A stretch of 64,000 nucleotides of DNA. Source: Mizuhopecten yessoensis. Taxonomy: Eukaryota. This document shows, piece by piece, positions 1 through 12,334 of the stretch. The position numbers and the translations under genes were made by a program. A model generated the notes under the pieces. The model was not told the DNA's origin and made no database searches. It worked only from the letters and a program-made list of their open reading frames with translations. Location of the stretch: contig NW_018408897.1 of the NCBI RefSeq assembly GCF_002113885.1, positions 543,151 through 607,150 of the forward strand, written 5' to 3'. The stretch's first letter is position 1. Every line of letters begins with the position of its first letter.

Positions 1-140
1 CAGGTAGGTAACAACACTGGTAGGTAATATAACAACACAGATAGGTAACAACACAGGTAGGTAACAACACAGGTAGGTAACAACACTGGTAGGTAATATA
101 ACAACACAGATAGGTAACAACACAGGTAGGTAACACTGGA
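1..140. repeat. ~17-bp minisatellite (caggtaggtaacaacac)
   Basis: Visible tandem copies, truncated by the window start. Confidence 0.85.
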
Positions 141-813
141 GGAAGTGCTCTGTATCGAAGTCACCTTTCTATGTGTACATCAGTAGCGTGTTATAATTAG
201 AGCTGGTGATGGACAAGGAGGAGCTGGGAAGGAATTTATTCATTGTCGACTGTCCTTTGTCATCATCGACATCATAGCATTAAAGGTCACGTACTGGTCA
301 CGACTTGCTTCATTTTTAAATACCCCTGTTATTATACTAGCTGATTGTCCTGTGATCTAATAGTGTATAACAATACTCAACACTTTCGTTATAACAATCT
401 TATACACACACAGTGTAGACAGTTACACAATGTTATATCCCCGTTGGCCACACCGCCGAACAAAGTATTACGATATCGGTCACAGGGGCAACTCTCAAAC
501 CTTGAAATAATTCCCAAACACAGCTTACACCAGAAACCAGGTATTGAATACTTCGTCATCTTCAGCAGTGATATTTGTAATGACCGCACGTAACCTACAC
601 GATGGTGGAGACACATTGAACCCCGTTCTAGGATACTGTAGATTTATAACCCGCTATCCTATTACAGCTTTTTGTAAGTATTATTATAAGTTCAGTAATT
701 TAATTACAGTCTTGATTTGAATACAATCAGTCGACACAGACTCACCAATCTTAAACAAAAACTACTAAGAACAAAGTTACCAGATAATTACAAATGATAT
801 TTATCTTTTCCAG

Positions 814-2459
814 TTTTGGCGTCGTCTTTCCACGTTACCGTAATAACAGCGACCGTATGCCTGGTTGTCACTGGCTATGATGTGTTCCCGATTGAGTTCA
901 AGACAATGCCATTGCTCCTTAACAAAGACAACACACGAACGCAAGATCTGGCATGGAGGAGCAGAGATTCTTACGATTACAAAATATGGAGACCTCTGAC
1001 TGGAGCATCACAGCCAGCCTACTACAACGGCTATGTCGGTGACCTTGTCGAGGTCATACTGGAAGTACCCTACTACGACATCTTCAGCCGCGCAAATCTC
1101 CAGCTTATACATGAGGCTGAAGAGAGGATGTTCAACGTCAAGTATTACCAGATCTTCTTCTGCTATGTTGCCAGCGGCACCGATTGCCATAAACCCTCGT
1201 CTGTTCTCAGGTTGTTTGACGGAACCTTTAACTCCTCCAGTGCCGTATTCTATGACCCCACGTTCAGTAACATCCATGGTGTTTTGTGCGAGTCAACCGC
1301 TCACAACGCAACCAAGGATTACGTGCAGTTCTTCACAGAAAAGGGACTCAATCTCTGTGATGGCATATTGAGATCCTCTAAAACCAGATTCTTTTACAAA
1401 TTAGGATGGCCACTACGAGGTACTAATGATAAAACCAAGTTAGAAACATTTCTGGTCTCCTCGGTGAAACCAGAGATGGAAAATATTCGTGATCATCTAC
1501 TCTCCGGTAAAATGTCTCTGTATTACATCAGCACGCTACTGTTCGAACATGACGTCGTTGACCAGGCTCTGAGTGATATGCTTCTCGCTGTTGGCAGCTT
1601 TTTGTTTATCTTCGTCTTCATGTGGTTTCAGACAGCTTCTTTTTTTATAACGTTTATGGGTATTTTCAGTATACTTACCAGCTTCCTCCTAACGAATCTC
1701 ATCTATAGGTGTATCCTGAATTATGAATACTTTGGATTTTTCCACGTTATTGCCATGTTCATAATCTTGGGTATCGGGGCGGACGATGTCTTTATCTTCT
1801 ACGACACGTGGCGACTGACAGGCCACACGGTATATCCCAGTAAGGCGCACAGACTTTCCGATTGTTATAGGAAGGCAGCGAAAACGACTTTTGTTACATC
1901 TCTCACAACGATGACTGCTTTTCTGGTGAGCGGTCTCTCACCTCTACTGCCGGTGTGCTCGTTTGGAATATTTTCTGGTATTTTAGTATTTGTAAATTAT
2001 CTTTGCGACCTTCTCTACTTTCCCACTGTGATAATGCTTTATTCACAAAAGGTCAAACCTCTTTGGGATAAACTGTGTGGACCCTGTATAAAAAAATGCA
2101 AGAGGGAGAAACTAAAAGGAAATATAAAAAACAGTCCGAACAGTCTACAACATGACGTCACTATGTCTATGGATATACCGAACAGTGATATAGACAAAGT
2201 ACAGAAGCCTTCCACACCTTCTACAACTAAGCGCCCAGCATGTAGTGATTCGTCATGCTGTGATATCCAAAACACATCCATGACGCCAAGGACTAAGAAA
2301 AATTTCGAACACCGTAACAGAGTCGTCCTGTTTCTGAAAAACGGATTCTACGATTTCCTGACGCGTCGTGCTGTAACAGTTATTGTACCTTTGCTATTTC
2401 TCTGCATTTCAGGTTTCTGTATGTGGAGTGCTTCAAACTTGGAACCAGATTCACAACAG
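814..2459 (+). CDS. Dispatched-like exon: TM1, luminal domain 1, SSD (TM2-6), cytosolic loop, TM7
   Basis: Acceptor ttatcttttccag at 813 and donor cag|gtaaaa at 2460. Encodes FIILGIGADDVFIFYDTW and TTFVTSLTTMTAF. Confidence 0.93.
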
Positions 2460-2673
2460 GTAAAATTTGATTTGGAACTAAAGCTACTAGAGTTCATTCT
2501 GGATTAAGTGCAGTTTAAAAAATAAACTGAAAGTGAAACGACGACGTAGTTGAACCTTAAATTTGTTGCCATACTTATTAAGAAATATTAATAATTCCAT
2601 TAGTTGTGTATAATAGTTGACTATTGCTGCAGCAAATCAGTTTGAACAATCATTTGGTCATTTTTATTCACAG

Positions 2674-2901
2674 CTTCAGATCTACCGTGCATCTCATAAC
2701 TACGGACGTGCGTCGCGCATGCACTACTACAGCTTTGAGCGGAGTTTCGAGGAGGAATATGCAACCGTATATCTCGTATGGGGTATCAAAAGGAAGGATC
2801 TCAGTTCGTGTAACTTCAAGTCAGCAACTTACTGTGATGGAGTGGCAGGATGGGACGATACCTTCGACCCCAGTACACCTGAGGCACAGGTCGCACTTAA
2901 G
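2674..2901 (+). CDS. Dispatched-like exon (LQIYRASHNY...TPEAQVALK)
   Basis: Acceptor tttttattcacag and donor aag|gtacat; 228 nt, phase 0/0. Contains VYLVWGI and WDDTFDPSTPEAQ, typical of Dispatched luminal domain 2. Confidence 0.88.
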
Positions 2902-4530
2902 GTACATCTCTAATCTAAACACTATCTCATGATGCCTTCCACAGGTCGCACTTAAGGTATACCTCCGATCTAAACACTGTCTCATGATGCCTTACACAGG
3001 TCTCACTTAAGGTATACCTCCGATCTAAATACTATCTCATGATGCCTTACACAGGTCGCAATTAAGCTAACCCCTATACACAGGTCGCACTTAAGGTATA
3101 CCTCCGATCTAAACACTATCTCATGATGCCTTACACAGGTCGCAATTACGCTAAACCCTATACACAGGTCGCCCTTAAGGTATACCTCCGATCTAAACAC
3201 TATCTCATGATGTCATATACAGGTCTCACTTAAGGTACACCTCCGATCTAAATACTATCTCATGATGCCTTACACAGGTCGCAATTACGCTAAACCCTAT
3301 ACACAGGTCGCCCTTAAGGTATACCTCCGATCTAAACACTATCTCATGATGTCATACACAGATCTCACTTAAGGTCCATCTCTAATCTAAACTCTGTCTC
3401 ATGACCCCATACACAGGTCGCACTTAAGGTACACCTCTGAACTAAATACTATCTCATGCTGTCATATACAGGTCGCACTTAAAGTACACCTTCGATCTAA
3501 ACACTATCTCATGCTGTCATATACAGGTCGCACTTAAGGTACAGCTCCGAGCAAAACACTTTCTCATGATATCATATACAGGTCGCACTTAAGGTACACC
3601 TTCGATCTAAACACTATCTCATGATGTCATACACAGATCTCACTTAAGGTACATCTCTAATCTAAACTCTGTCTCATGACCCCATACACAGGTCGCACTT
3701 AAGGTACACCTCTGAACTAAATACTATCTCATGCTGTCATATACAGGTCGCACTTAAGGTACAGCTCCGAGCAAAACACTTTCTCATGATATCATATACA
3801 GGTCGCACTTAAAGTACCCCTCCGATCTAAACACTATCTCATGATGTCATACACAGATCTCACTTAAGGTACATCTCTAATCTAAACTCTGTCTCATGAC
3901 CCCATACACAGGTCGCACTTAAGGTACACCTCCGATATAAACACTATCTCATGATATCATACAAAGGTCGCACTTAAGGTACATCTCTAATCTAAACCCT
4001 ATCTTATGATGCCTTCCACAGGTCGCACTTAAGGTATACCTCCGATCTAAACACTGTCTCATGGTGCCTTACACAGGTCTCACTTAAGGTATACCTCCGA
4101 TCTAAATACTATCTCATGATGCCTTACACAGGTCGCAATTACGCTAAACCCTATACACAGGTCGCCCTTAAGGTATACCTCCGATCTAAACACTATCTCA
4201 TGATGTCATATACAGGTCGCACTTAAGGTACACCTCCGATCTAAATACTATCTCATGATGTCATATACAGGTCGCACTTAAAGTACATCTCCGATCTAAA
4301 TACTATCTCATGATGTCATATACAGGTCGCATTTAAGGTACATCTCCGAACAAAACACTATCTCATGATGTCATATACAGGTCGCATTTAAGGTACATCT
4401 CCGAACAAAACACTATCTCATGATGGCATATACAGGTCGCACTTAAGGTACACCTCCAATCTAAATACTATCTCATGATGTCATATACAGGTCGCACTTA
4501 AGGTACATCTCCGAACAAAACACCATATCA
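2886..4530. repeat. ~55-bp minisatellite whose unit includes the exon end and splice donor
   Basis: acaggtcgcacttaaggtacacctccgatctaaacactatctcatgatgtcatat, roughly 30 copies with some shorter variants. Confidence 0.95.
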
Positions 4531-4688
4531 TAGACCTCATAGACATCATAGACCTGCGATTGCATTGAGACTTCACAAAAGTTTCAAAAGAAATGTTGGT
4601 TAACAACTTTCCGTTATCATATTTTAAGTAGCGATTTGTTTGTTGTTATTTAGAGAGGCACAATAGAATGATTTTATATATTTCACAG

Positions 4689-4814
4689 AACCTTTGTAAT
4701 CGACTTGAGACGATGAGCGCTGAGGAGGCCGATTCACTGAAAATAAAAAGAAACGCTCTCACGGAAAAGTTGGAAATAACCTGCTTCACCACCCCGTACG
4801 AAACATATTTGCAG
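4689..4814 (+). CDS. Dispatched-like exon (NLCNRL...CFTTPYETYLQ)
   Basis: Acceptor tttcacag and donor cag|gtactg; 126 nt, phase 0/0. Confidence 0.85.
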
Positions 4815-4866
4815 GTACTGCTAGCTTTTAATCAATTTATTTTCTTTTGTATTGATTCACACTGAT

Positions 4867-4868
<2 letters not shown>

Positions 4869-4903
<35 letters not shown>
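4869..4903. repeat. poly(T) tract
   Basis: 35 consecutive T in the intron. Confidence 0.9.
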
Positions 4904-4905
<2 letters not shown>

Positions 4906-4994
4906 AATCTTAAACAATTAGAATACATGTAATGTAATTTTGGGGCCAACTCAACGAGTTTAGTGAATAGTTCTAACGCGTTTCGTTTTAACAG

Positions 4995-5147
4995 AAAGTG
5001 ATCAGTACGAACAGCAGCCTTTACCCCACTGGGCAGACACTGGACCTGCCTGTCAATGTCGGGAACGTCTCGGCTTTCATGGATGCCCAGCCTTCAATAT
5101 ACTACTCCAGCTCGTCATTGCCGTCTGATTTTGACCAGCACGTAGGG
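4995..5147 (+). CDS. Dispatched-like exon (KVISTNSSLYP...SDFDQHVG)
   Basis: Acceptor tttcgttttaacag and donor ggg|gtaagt; 153 nt, open frame. Not in the ORF track. Confidence 0.78.
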
Positions 5148-5164
5148 GTAAGTAGTCAGGGTGG

Positions 5165-5650
5165 GTCAAAACATTGAAGTGTCCCTCCTGTTTACTTTCA
5201 GACATATCGACGATGTTTTGAAAACTAATATTGACAACGTCGATCGTATGTACCCTCCTAAACTTGAAATCAAAAACATTACAAACTCTTCTAAAACTAC
5301 CAGACATCTGGCTTTTACAACATTTAATGATTTCGAATTTTCTGATCTTGAACTTCTTGAAAGTAGCCTCCCCGTTTTCCTCCCCACATACAGTATTTAC
5401 ATGTCGCAGTTGATTCTAGACATGTCGACGGCTGACGGACAAACATGGTTCACTCTATCATTTGGATATATTCGACTTTCTTAGTTTCACCGTTTTCGAG
5501 TTCAATTTACGGGATTTGTTTCACACTGTTGTAAGCTTGTCAAACCTACTGTGAATACTGATATCTTGTAGGTCAATAATAATTCGGTTGTCTTAGTCGA
5601 GGTATTATCTCTTCATGTACTTAAAAGGTGTTATTAACCACTAGATATTT
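5165..5650 (+). mobile_element. Degenerate reverse-transcriptase fragment, Penelope-like retroelement
   Basis: FTFRHIDDVL...MYPPKLEIK...YSIYMSQLI resembles the FRYIDDVL...IYPxELEIK...YGVYISQLI pattern of Penelope-like RTs; disrupted. Confidence 0.6.
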
Positions 5651-5941
5651 TTCGCAATTTCTTTGGCTAGAGATCCCATTCACGTGACCAGTCCTCAAGT
5701 CATGTAGACAAATATTTCGGTGAATACGGATTTCTAAACATAGACTAGAGGAGAATCCCCAATACGCTAAACGTTTGTAAACAGTTGTTTGGTTAATAAA
5801 TATTTGAAGGGGCTTCTTCTATGTGTTGTAATTGTCTTACATCAACACAAACTATCGTATTAGTCAACATCATTACTTGTCTAAACCAAGGTGTACGATT
5901 TGAAATCTACAATAAAGTGTGGCCGAAACCTCGTTTCCTAA

Positions 5942-6659
5942 AGGGCCTGTCACACACTACCGATGTACCTCGCCGGGACTAAACCGGAGCAAAAAATTAA
6001 CAATGGCGAGAAAATCGGCAGAGCTCTGGCGAGAAAGCACTTGAAAAATCAAAAATTACTGTAGCAATACCGATATAGTACCGGCGTTCCCGTTGTGACA
6101 CCGTTGTTCTACCGATGTGCTACCTAATAGCACTTTTTGTCACCTCAGTGTTACCAAGGCGTGGCCGATGTTATACCGAGGGTCCGCCGATGTTCTAACG
6201 ATGTGCCACCGTTGACCGGAGCTATAGCGGAGTGATACCGTTGGGGTGACGAAGTTACGTTAGTACATCGTTAGTACATTGGCGGCGCATCAATACTACT
6301 TCGGTGGTATTCGGTAGTACTAAGGTATCACATCGATACCAGTACGGTACACATTGAGGCCACCGGAGAGCCGCCGATCCATTACGGGACGCTACCGGTG
6401 CTCTAATGACATCAACAAAGCCATACCGGACTACTGCCGATGTACTGCCACTGTAGTCCGGTTGCTCGCTGGGGCAGCGCAACGGCGGAAATTATTGAGC
6501 ATGATCAAATATTTCTACCGTCGCCTGCCGTTGCTAAATTTTTCGATAGCGATGTGAGACCGTTGCGCTGCCGTACTAGTACCGATCCCAAAAAATCGTC
6601 AAATTTGGGCTCCGGTATAGCTCCGGCGACCCAAATCGGCTAGGTGTGATATAGGACCT
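5942..6659. mobile_element. Non-autonomous DNA transposon (MITE), PIF/Harbinger-like
   Basis: Imperfect TIRs: agggcctgtcacac...tcgccgggactaaaccggagc versus gctccggtatagctccggcga...gtgtgatataggacct. Flanks are taa/tga, and the CpG-rich interior contrasts with the intron. Confidence 0.6.
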
Positions 6660-6907
6660 TGACCATGATATTTAAAAGTCAATTTATTCATCGTATCAGC
6701 ATGTTACATAATTTGATTATAACCTCGGATTCGCCTCTGTCTATATCTAGGACAGTTGACATACGAGTGGAATATATATCTGATATGACACTGTACGGGA
6801 AATCATTGGATTTTCGATTGATTTTCAGACACTTATTTGAAGCATTGTATTACTAGTTGTATGTAGTATGTAGCTTAATTGACTCGTATATTGTTAACAA
6901 TCTCTAG

Positions 6908-7034
6908 ATCGGAGTGTCCTACTGGTTGTCCAAAAGTTATACAGGAGAACCTACCGATGATTACTATCTGTATAACAGCCTACTGGGGGAACAGTCCATA
7001 GACGGCACCACTCAAAGGACTAGAAACTCCTATA
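6908..7034 (+). CDS. Dispatched-like exon (IGVSYWLSKSY...TQRTRNSY)
   Basis: Acceptor tctctag and donor a|gtaagt at 7035. The 127 nt length leaves phase 1, which matches the next exon. Confidence 0.8.
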
Positions 7035-8292
7035 GTAAGTACACAGTCCATAGACGGCACCACTCAAAGGACTAGGAACTCCTACAGTAAGTACACAGTC
7101 CATAGACAGCACCACTCAGAGGACTAGGAACTCCTACAGTAAGTGCACAGTCCATAGACGGCACCACTCAGAGGACAAGAAACTCATATAGTAAGTACAC
7201 AGTCCATAGACGGCACCACTCAAAGGACTAGGAACTCCTACAGTAAGTACACAGTCCATAGACGGCACCACTCAGAGGACCAGTAACTCCTACAGTAAGT
7301 ACACAGTCCATAGACGGCACCACTCAGAGGACCAGAAACTCCTACAGTAAGTACACTGTCCATAGACGGCATCACTCAAAGGACCAGAAACTTCTACAGA
7401 GAAAACAACATACCTCCAGTTGGTTCCTAATCGAGAACTTGCGGGACTTACTGGTTGTCCAAAAGTTATACAGGAGAACATACCGATGATTACTATCTGT
7501 ATAACAGCCTACTGGGGGAACAGTCCATAGACGGCACCACTCAGAGGACTAGAAACTCCTACAGTAAGTACAAAGTCCATAGACGGCACCACTCAGAGGA
7601 CCAGTAACTCCTACAGTAAGTACACAGTCCATAGACAGCACCACTCAGAGGACTAGGAACTCCTACAGGAAGTACACAGTCCATAGACGGCACCACTCAG
7701 AGGAGTAGGAACTCCTACAGTAAGTACAAAGTCCATAGACGGCACCACTCAGAGGACCAGTAACTCCTACAGTAAGTACACAGTCCATAGACGGCACCAC
7801 TCAAAGGACTAGGAACTCCTACAGTAAGTACACAGCCCATAGACGGCACCACTCAAAGGACTAGAAACTCCTATAGTAAGTACACAGTCCATAGACGGCA
7901 CCACTCAAAGGACTAGGAACTCCTACAGTAAGTACACAGCCCATAGACGGCACCACTCAAAGGACTAGAAACTCCTATAGTAAGTACACAGTCCATAGAC
8001 GGCACCACTCAAAGGACTAGAAACTCCTATAGTAAGTACACAGTCCATAGACGGCACCACTCAAAGGACTAGAAACTCCTATAGTAAGTACACAGTCCAT
8101 AGACGGCACCACTCAGAGGACCACAAACTCCTACAGTAAGAACACAGTCCATGGACAGCACCACTCAGAGGACCAGAGACTCCTACAGTAAGTACACAGT
8201 CCATGGACGGCACCACTCAGAGGACCAGAAACTCCTATAGTAAGTACACAGTCCATAGACGGCACCACTCAGAGGACCAGAAACTTCTACAG
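6991..8292. repeat. 52-bp minisatellite including the exon end and GTAAGT donor, interrupted by a duplicated exon fragment
   Basis: acagtccatagacggcaccactcaaaggactagaaactcctatagtaagtac in two blocks (~6991-7400 and ~7520-8292). Confidence 0.95.
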
Positions 8293-8432
8293 AGAAAACA
8301 ACATACCTCCAGTTGGTTCCTAATCGAGAACTTGCGGGACTTACTATGGCGGGTGCCGAATATTGTGCAGAAAAGTGATTTTTGTCTCTGCTATGGTATA
8401 TATGACTCATTATTTAAATTTTATCCTTTCAG

Positions 8433-8560
8433 ACATGTACTATGCAACCAAGTTAAAGTACATTGGGATCCGTATCAATACCACCATGAACGTCTATACA
8501 CTTGGTTACCCCGAAGGGAAACCTGTTTATCAGAGATGGGAGAATCTCATAACAGAAGAG
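8433..8560 (+). CDS. Dispatched-like exon (MYYATKLKYIGIRINTT...WENLITEE)
   Basis: Acceptor ttttatcctttcag and donor gag|gtatac; phase 1 in, phase 0 out. Confidence 0.87.
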
Positions 8561-8799
8561 GTATACTAAACAAACTTTATAATTTTGTCAGTCCTATGTC
8601 CACAAGAAATATTGTTATTTTACTGAGCAAGTGGTCACTGTGATGGTTAAATAAAGCTAAGAATATTTATTTCCTCATCATTATTAATTACATATGTGTG
8701 TAGCCAAAATCTCCTGTTGTGTTACCCTTTAAACATATCCCTTGTTGCTTGTCGATATTTTATCCTTGGATATTTCTTGTAGTTCTGTCACTGATGGAC

Positions 8800-9342
8800 C
8801 TTGCTGTTTTATCATCTCTAGTTCCCAATGTTGTTTTATCATCTCTAGTTCCCTATGTTGTTTTATCATCTCTAGTTCCCCATGTTGTTTTATCATCTCT
8901 AGTTCCCCATGTTGTTTTATCATGTCTAGTTCCCTATGCTGTTTTATCATCTCTAGTTCCCCATGCTGTTTTATCATCTCTAGTTCCCCATGTTGTTTTA
9001 TCATCTCTAGTTCCCCAGGCTGTTTTATCATCTCTAGTTCCCTATGTTGTTTTATCATGTCGAGTTCCCTATGCTGTTTTATCATCTCTAGTTCCCCATG
9101 CTGTTTTATCATCTCTCGTTCCCCAGGCTGTTTTATCATCTCTAGGTCCCTATGGTGTTTTATCATCTCTAGTTTTGTTTTATCATCTCTAGGTCCCTAT
9201 GGTGTTTTATCATCTCTAGTTCTCCATGCTGTTTTATCATCTCTATTTCCCCATGTTGTTTTATCATGTCTAGTTCCCTATGCTGTTTTATCATCTCTAG
9301 TTCCCCATGTTGTTTTATCATCTCTAGTTCACCATGTTGTTA
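8800..9342. repeat. 27-bp minisatellite (ttttatcatctctagttccccatgttg)
   Basis: About 20 copies. A degenerate tttcccgatgtttt-type continuation runs to ~9680. Confidence 0.95.
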
Positions 9343-9700
9343 GTTCCTGCTGTTTTACTAATGATGTTTTCGTTTTATTAAATTCAATAATTTCAGAAGG
9401 TGTATTTTTCATATTTCCCGATGTTTTATTAGTCATGTTTCCCGATGTTTTATAATTGAAACATGTCGTTTTCTTATTACTGCTATTTCCAGATGCTTCA
9501 TATATTCTGATGTCTTATTATTAATATTTCCCATTTTTTTTATTATTCATATTATCCGTTGTTTTATTATGAAAATTTCCCGATGTTTATATTTTTTTAT
9601 AATTTCCTGATATTATATCATTGAAATATCCCTATGATTTATAATTAATATTTCCCGATGTTTAATTATGGATATTTCATTTTTTTTAATCGGAAACTAG

Positions 9701-9778
9701 TTGGAGAAAATGCCAGACACAATGAAGAATGGATTCCAATGTTCAACAAACACTTGGAACTGGATCAAAGTTCAGGAG
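9701..9778 (+). CDS. Dispatched-like exon (LEKMPDTMKNGFQCS...WIKVQE)
   Basis: Acceptor tag at 9700 and donor gag|gtaagg; 78 nt. P-x-x-M-x-x-GFQ is typical of the segment before TM8. Confidence 0.87.
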
Positions 9779-10007
9779 GTAAGGCTCATCATACTAGTGC
9801 TTCCGTCACATAATCTGAAATTTTGTCCTGATCAAATACTAACAAGCATGTTTACTGAAATAATTGGATGTTTTCCGAACATTCATGGATAATCATATAG
9901 AACGTTTATAATATTAAGGTTGTCTGTTGATCGTGAAACTAAGAAATCTATTGTAAAACGACAGCATGTCTATCAAAGTCAGTATCCTCCTTCCTGTCCT
10001 GTTTTAG

Positions 10008-10178
10008 TCGCTGGCGGACTCTGCTGTACAGGGGGTAATCGTCGGCCTGTGTCTCGCCCTGCCCATCCTTATCATCACAACTTTAAATGTGGTCATCGGC
10101 TTCCTCGCCACTGTCACCATTGGACTCGTCACCGCCTGCGTCATAGGGATCATCCCCCTGGCTGGCTGGAAATTGGGG
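10008..10178 (+). CDS. Dispatched-like exon, TM8-9 (SLADSAVQGVIVGLCLAL...LAGWKLG)
   Basis: Acceptor cctgttttag and donor ggg|gtaagt; 171 nt encoding two hydrophobic helices that end in GWKLG. Confidence 0.9.
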
Positions 10179-10342
10179 GTAAGTATTTTACAGGTATGTC
10201 GGGGTTCCCGATTAAAATGATAATTTTTTTTTCGATAACTTAACAGAAAAAAGGGATAAAAATACTTCCTGACCGAAATTCAAAAATGTATCTGATCTTT
10301 TGTCATGCAAACAACTTGACGCGCTTTTGAATACTTACTTAG

Positions 10343-10843
10343 GTGTTGGAGTCACTGAACATGTGTATGGTGGTTGGTCTATCCGTGGACTACGTTGTAC
10401 ACCTGGCCGAGGCTTACGCTACATGTCCCTCCCCCTACCGGATGGACCGTGTCCGCAACATGCTGGAGAGCATGGGCCTGTCTGTCCTGTCCGGGGCTAT
10501 CACTACCTTTGGAGCTGCCTCGTTCATGCTGTTTTCACAGATCCAGTTTCAGTACCAATTTGGAATATTTGTGATGAGTACAATCTCAATTTCACTCTTC
10601 TTTTCGTTCTTTGGTTTCACTACGTTTATGTCATTGTGTGGTCCCCAGGGCAACACCGGAAGTCTGGTAGCCTTCGGTAAATGGATAAAATCGAAGTGCA
10701 GCAACAACAAAAATGAGGAACTTTCCTCAACGCCTTCACAGATTTACGGAGACCAAAGCAAGTTTTATTGTTTGCTGACGTGTACACTGTGTCTTCCTTC
10801 GTCACATGTTGGCCTTTACACCTGCAGAACAACAACTACATAG
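10343..10843 (+). CDS. Dispatched-like last coding exon, TM10-12 and C-tail
   Basis: Acceptor ttacttag. Encodes VLESLNMCMVVGLSVDYVVHLAEAY and GLSVLSGAITT; TAG at 10841-10843. Confidence 0.9.
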   Translation: MLESLNMCMVVGLSVDYVVHLAEAYATCPSPYRMDRVRNMLESMGLSVLSGAITTFGAASFMLFSQIQFQYQFGIFVMSTISISLFFSFFGFTTFMSLCGPQGNTGSLVAFGKWIKSKCSNNKNEELSSTPSQIYGDQSKFYCLLTCTLCLPSSHVGLYTCRTTTT

Positions 10844-12256
10844 CAAACAGCACTCGGCACCATTCCAGGCGTCACCTGCGTTATTGCTTTTGTTTGCACG
10901 TCTCACTTGCAGTTTTCATTCACAGACTTCAACACAATGACGCATGCTCTTTCCTTGCTTGAGCACATTGTACCGGACAGTCGCATATCGTTTCAACCTC
11001 AACAGACAAATACATAGATTCATCACGAATTTCATCATCAGATCAATGTCATATCATTATCGGAATACGTACTAAAAGGTATCAGTATTTCAAATTCTAT
11101 CAGTTCAGAAATAAATTGGTCATCGGATCAATAATTGGACTAAAACGTCTCAACGAAGTTAATGTTTAAACGAACACAATCAAATAATAGTATCTCGCCT
11201 TTTTGGCATCACATACGAAGGTAAGGTTATAAAATATATTTGTTAAAAATGCAAATATTTCTTAATATTTTGTAAATCATTATGTACCACCATTAGCACT
11301 GGTTGTTGCATTGCACTGTCGTAACAAAACGAACAAGTGTCATTTTTATCATTGCAAACTTTCAACCAGCATTCATTTTTTTGATAACGGTTAGTAAGCT
11401 AGAATTGCAGTGCTAACGTGTGATCTTGTTTCTAAATGATGTATCGAGATGGAAATGGTCCAAAATCAAGCGTCAAACAAATTGTTTCAGTGTGTCTGAA
11501 ATGTTTCCCATTAGGCTGAACTAGGGTATACATAGTAAATCGCCGCACTCTGTATTTGTTCTAAACACTAATTTAATACTTATTATGTAAATGTTAATTA
11601 ATTGTTGACCATTTTGGTTTTGAAGGGACAACCACATTCATTGGGACAGACCGTAGGCATGTGATGGCTCCTGTAGAAATGTCGTTGGTGCGAAGTCAAT
11701 CCCGGGTCAACTCCTCGGACAGCTCGCTACGCCTCAGATTCTGGGAATGATTCGCATGAAACCAGTCGAGGAGTAACTCGTTTCCCTTTGGATTTTTCAC
11801 TGGAGAATTGAACACGTGTACCAAGATTTTGATTTAGGAGTCGCTCCTAAGTGCTTTGCTGTGTTTTGTGATAAAACCGTATACCGGATTACCCTCAGTG
11901 TATCGACTGCTGTAACGGAAACTTCAGCATTAATCTGTATAATATAAAATGTACATTTTATGCTATTTTAGTGAGAAAACAATTGAATTTGTAGTAATGC
12001 ATTACAATCTTTTTATTGAGTTATCTTTATATTATAAAATGTAAAACTTAACTTAACGGATTTAGTTTTCTCTGTGCCTATTGTGTATGCACTTCTACAG
12101 ACATGTGTAGTAAATATTGCTATGTTAGCCTTCAGGTATCATCTGAGTTACCAAATGCACAGCACAGTCACAATTATTCTATTAAGCATTTTAATGCAGT
12201 TTTTATTTAAAATCTAATATTATTTTCTGCATTGTTATCCTATTTAAGATTTGTTA

Positions 12257-12262
12257 AATAAA
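12257..12262 (+). terminator. Candidate polyadenylation signal of the Dispatched-like gene
   Basis: AATAAA about 1.4 kb after the stop, at the end of AU-rich UTR-like sequence. A second AATAAA lies near 12290. Confidence 0.3.
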
Positions 12263-12334
12263 CTTTGTTACTTAATCAATTGTAATAATAATAAATAGGA
12301 TAGATAACATCAAAGACGACTTTCTAAATATCAA

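Larger units (their letters stand above)
814..10843 (+). other. Gene model: Dispatched/Patched-family (RND, sterol-sensing domain) membrane protein, DISP/DISP3-like; 9 exons visible, 5' end outside the window
   Basis: Nine AG/GT-bounded exons join in one frame (3158 nt, starting mid-codon). TM4 motif GIGADD and TM10 motif GLSVDY are present, with two pseudo-symmetric TM bundles each preceded by a large luminal loop. Confidence 0.92.

Noticed and set aside
2886-8300. Regularly spaced repeats resembling CRISPR arrays
   Set aside because: The units are head-to-tail with no unique spacers, there are no cas genes, and the context is a eukaryotic intron.
8719-9455. Hydrophobic, coiled-coil-like and Cys-rich repeat ORFs
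   Set aside because: A 27-bp satellite inside a Dispatched-like intron.
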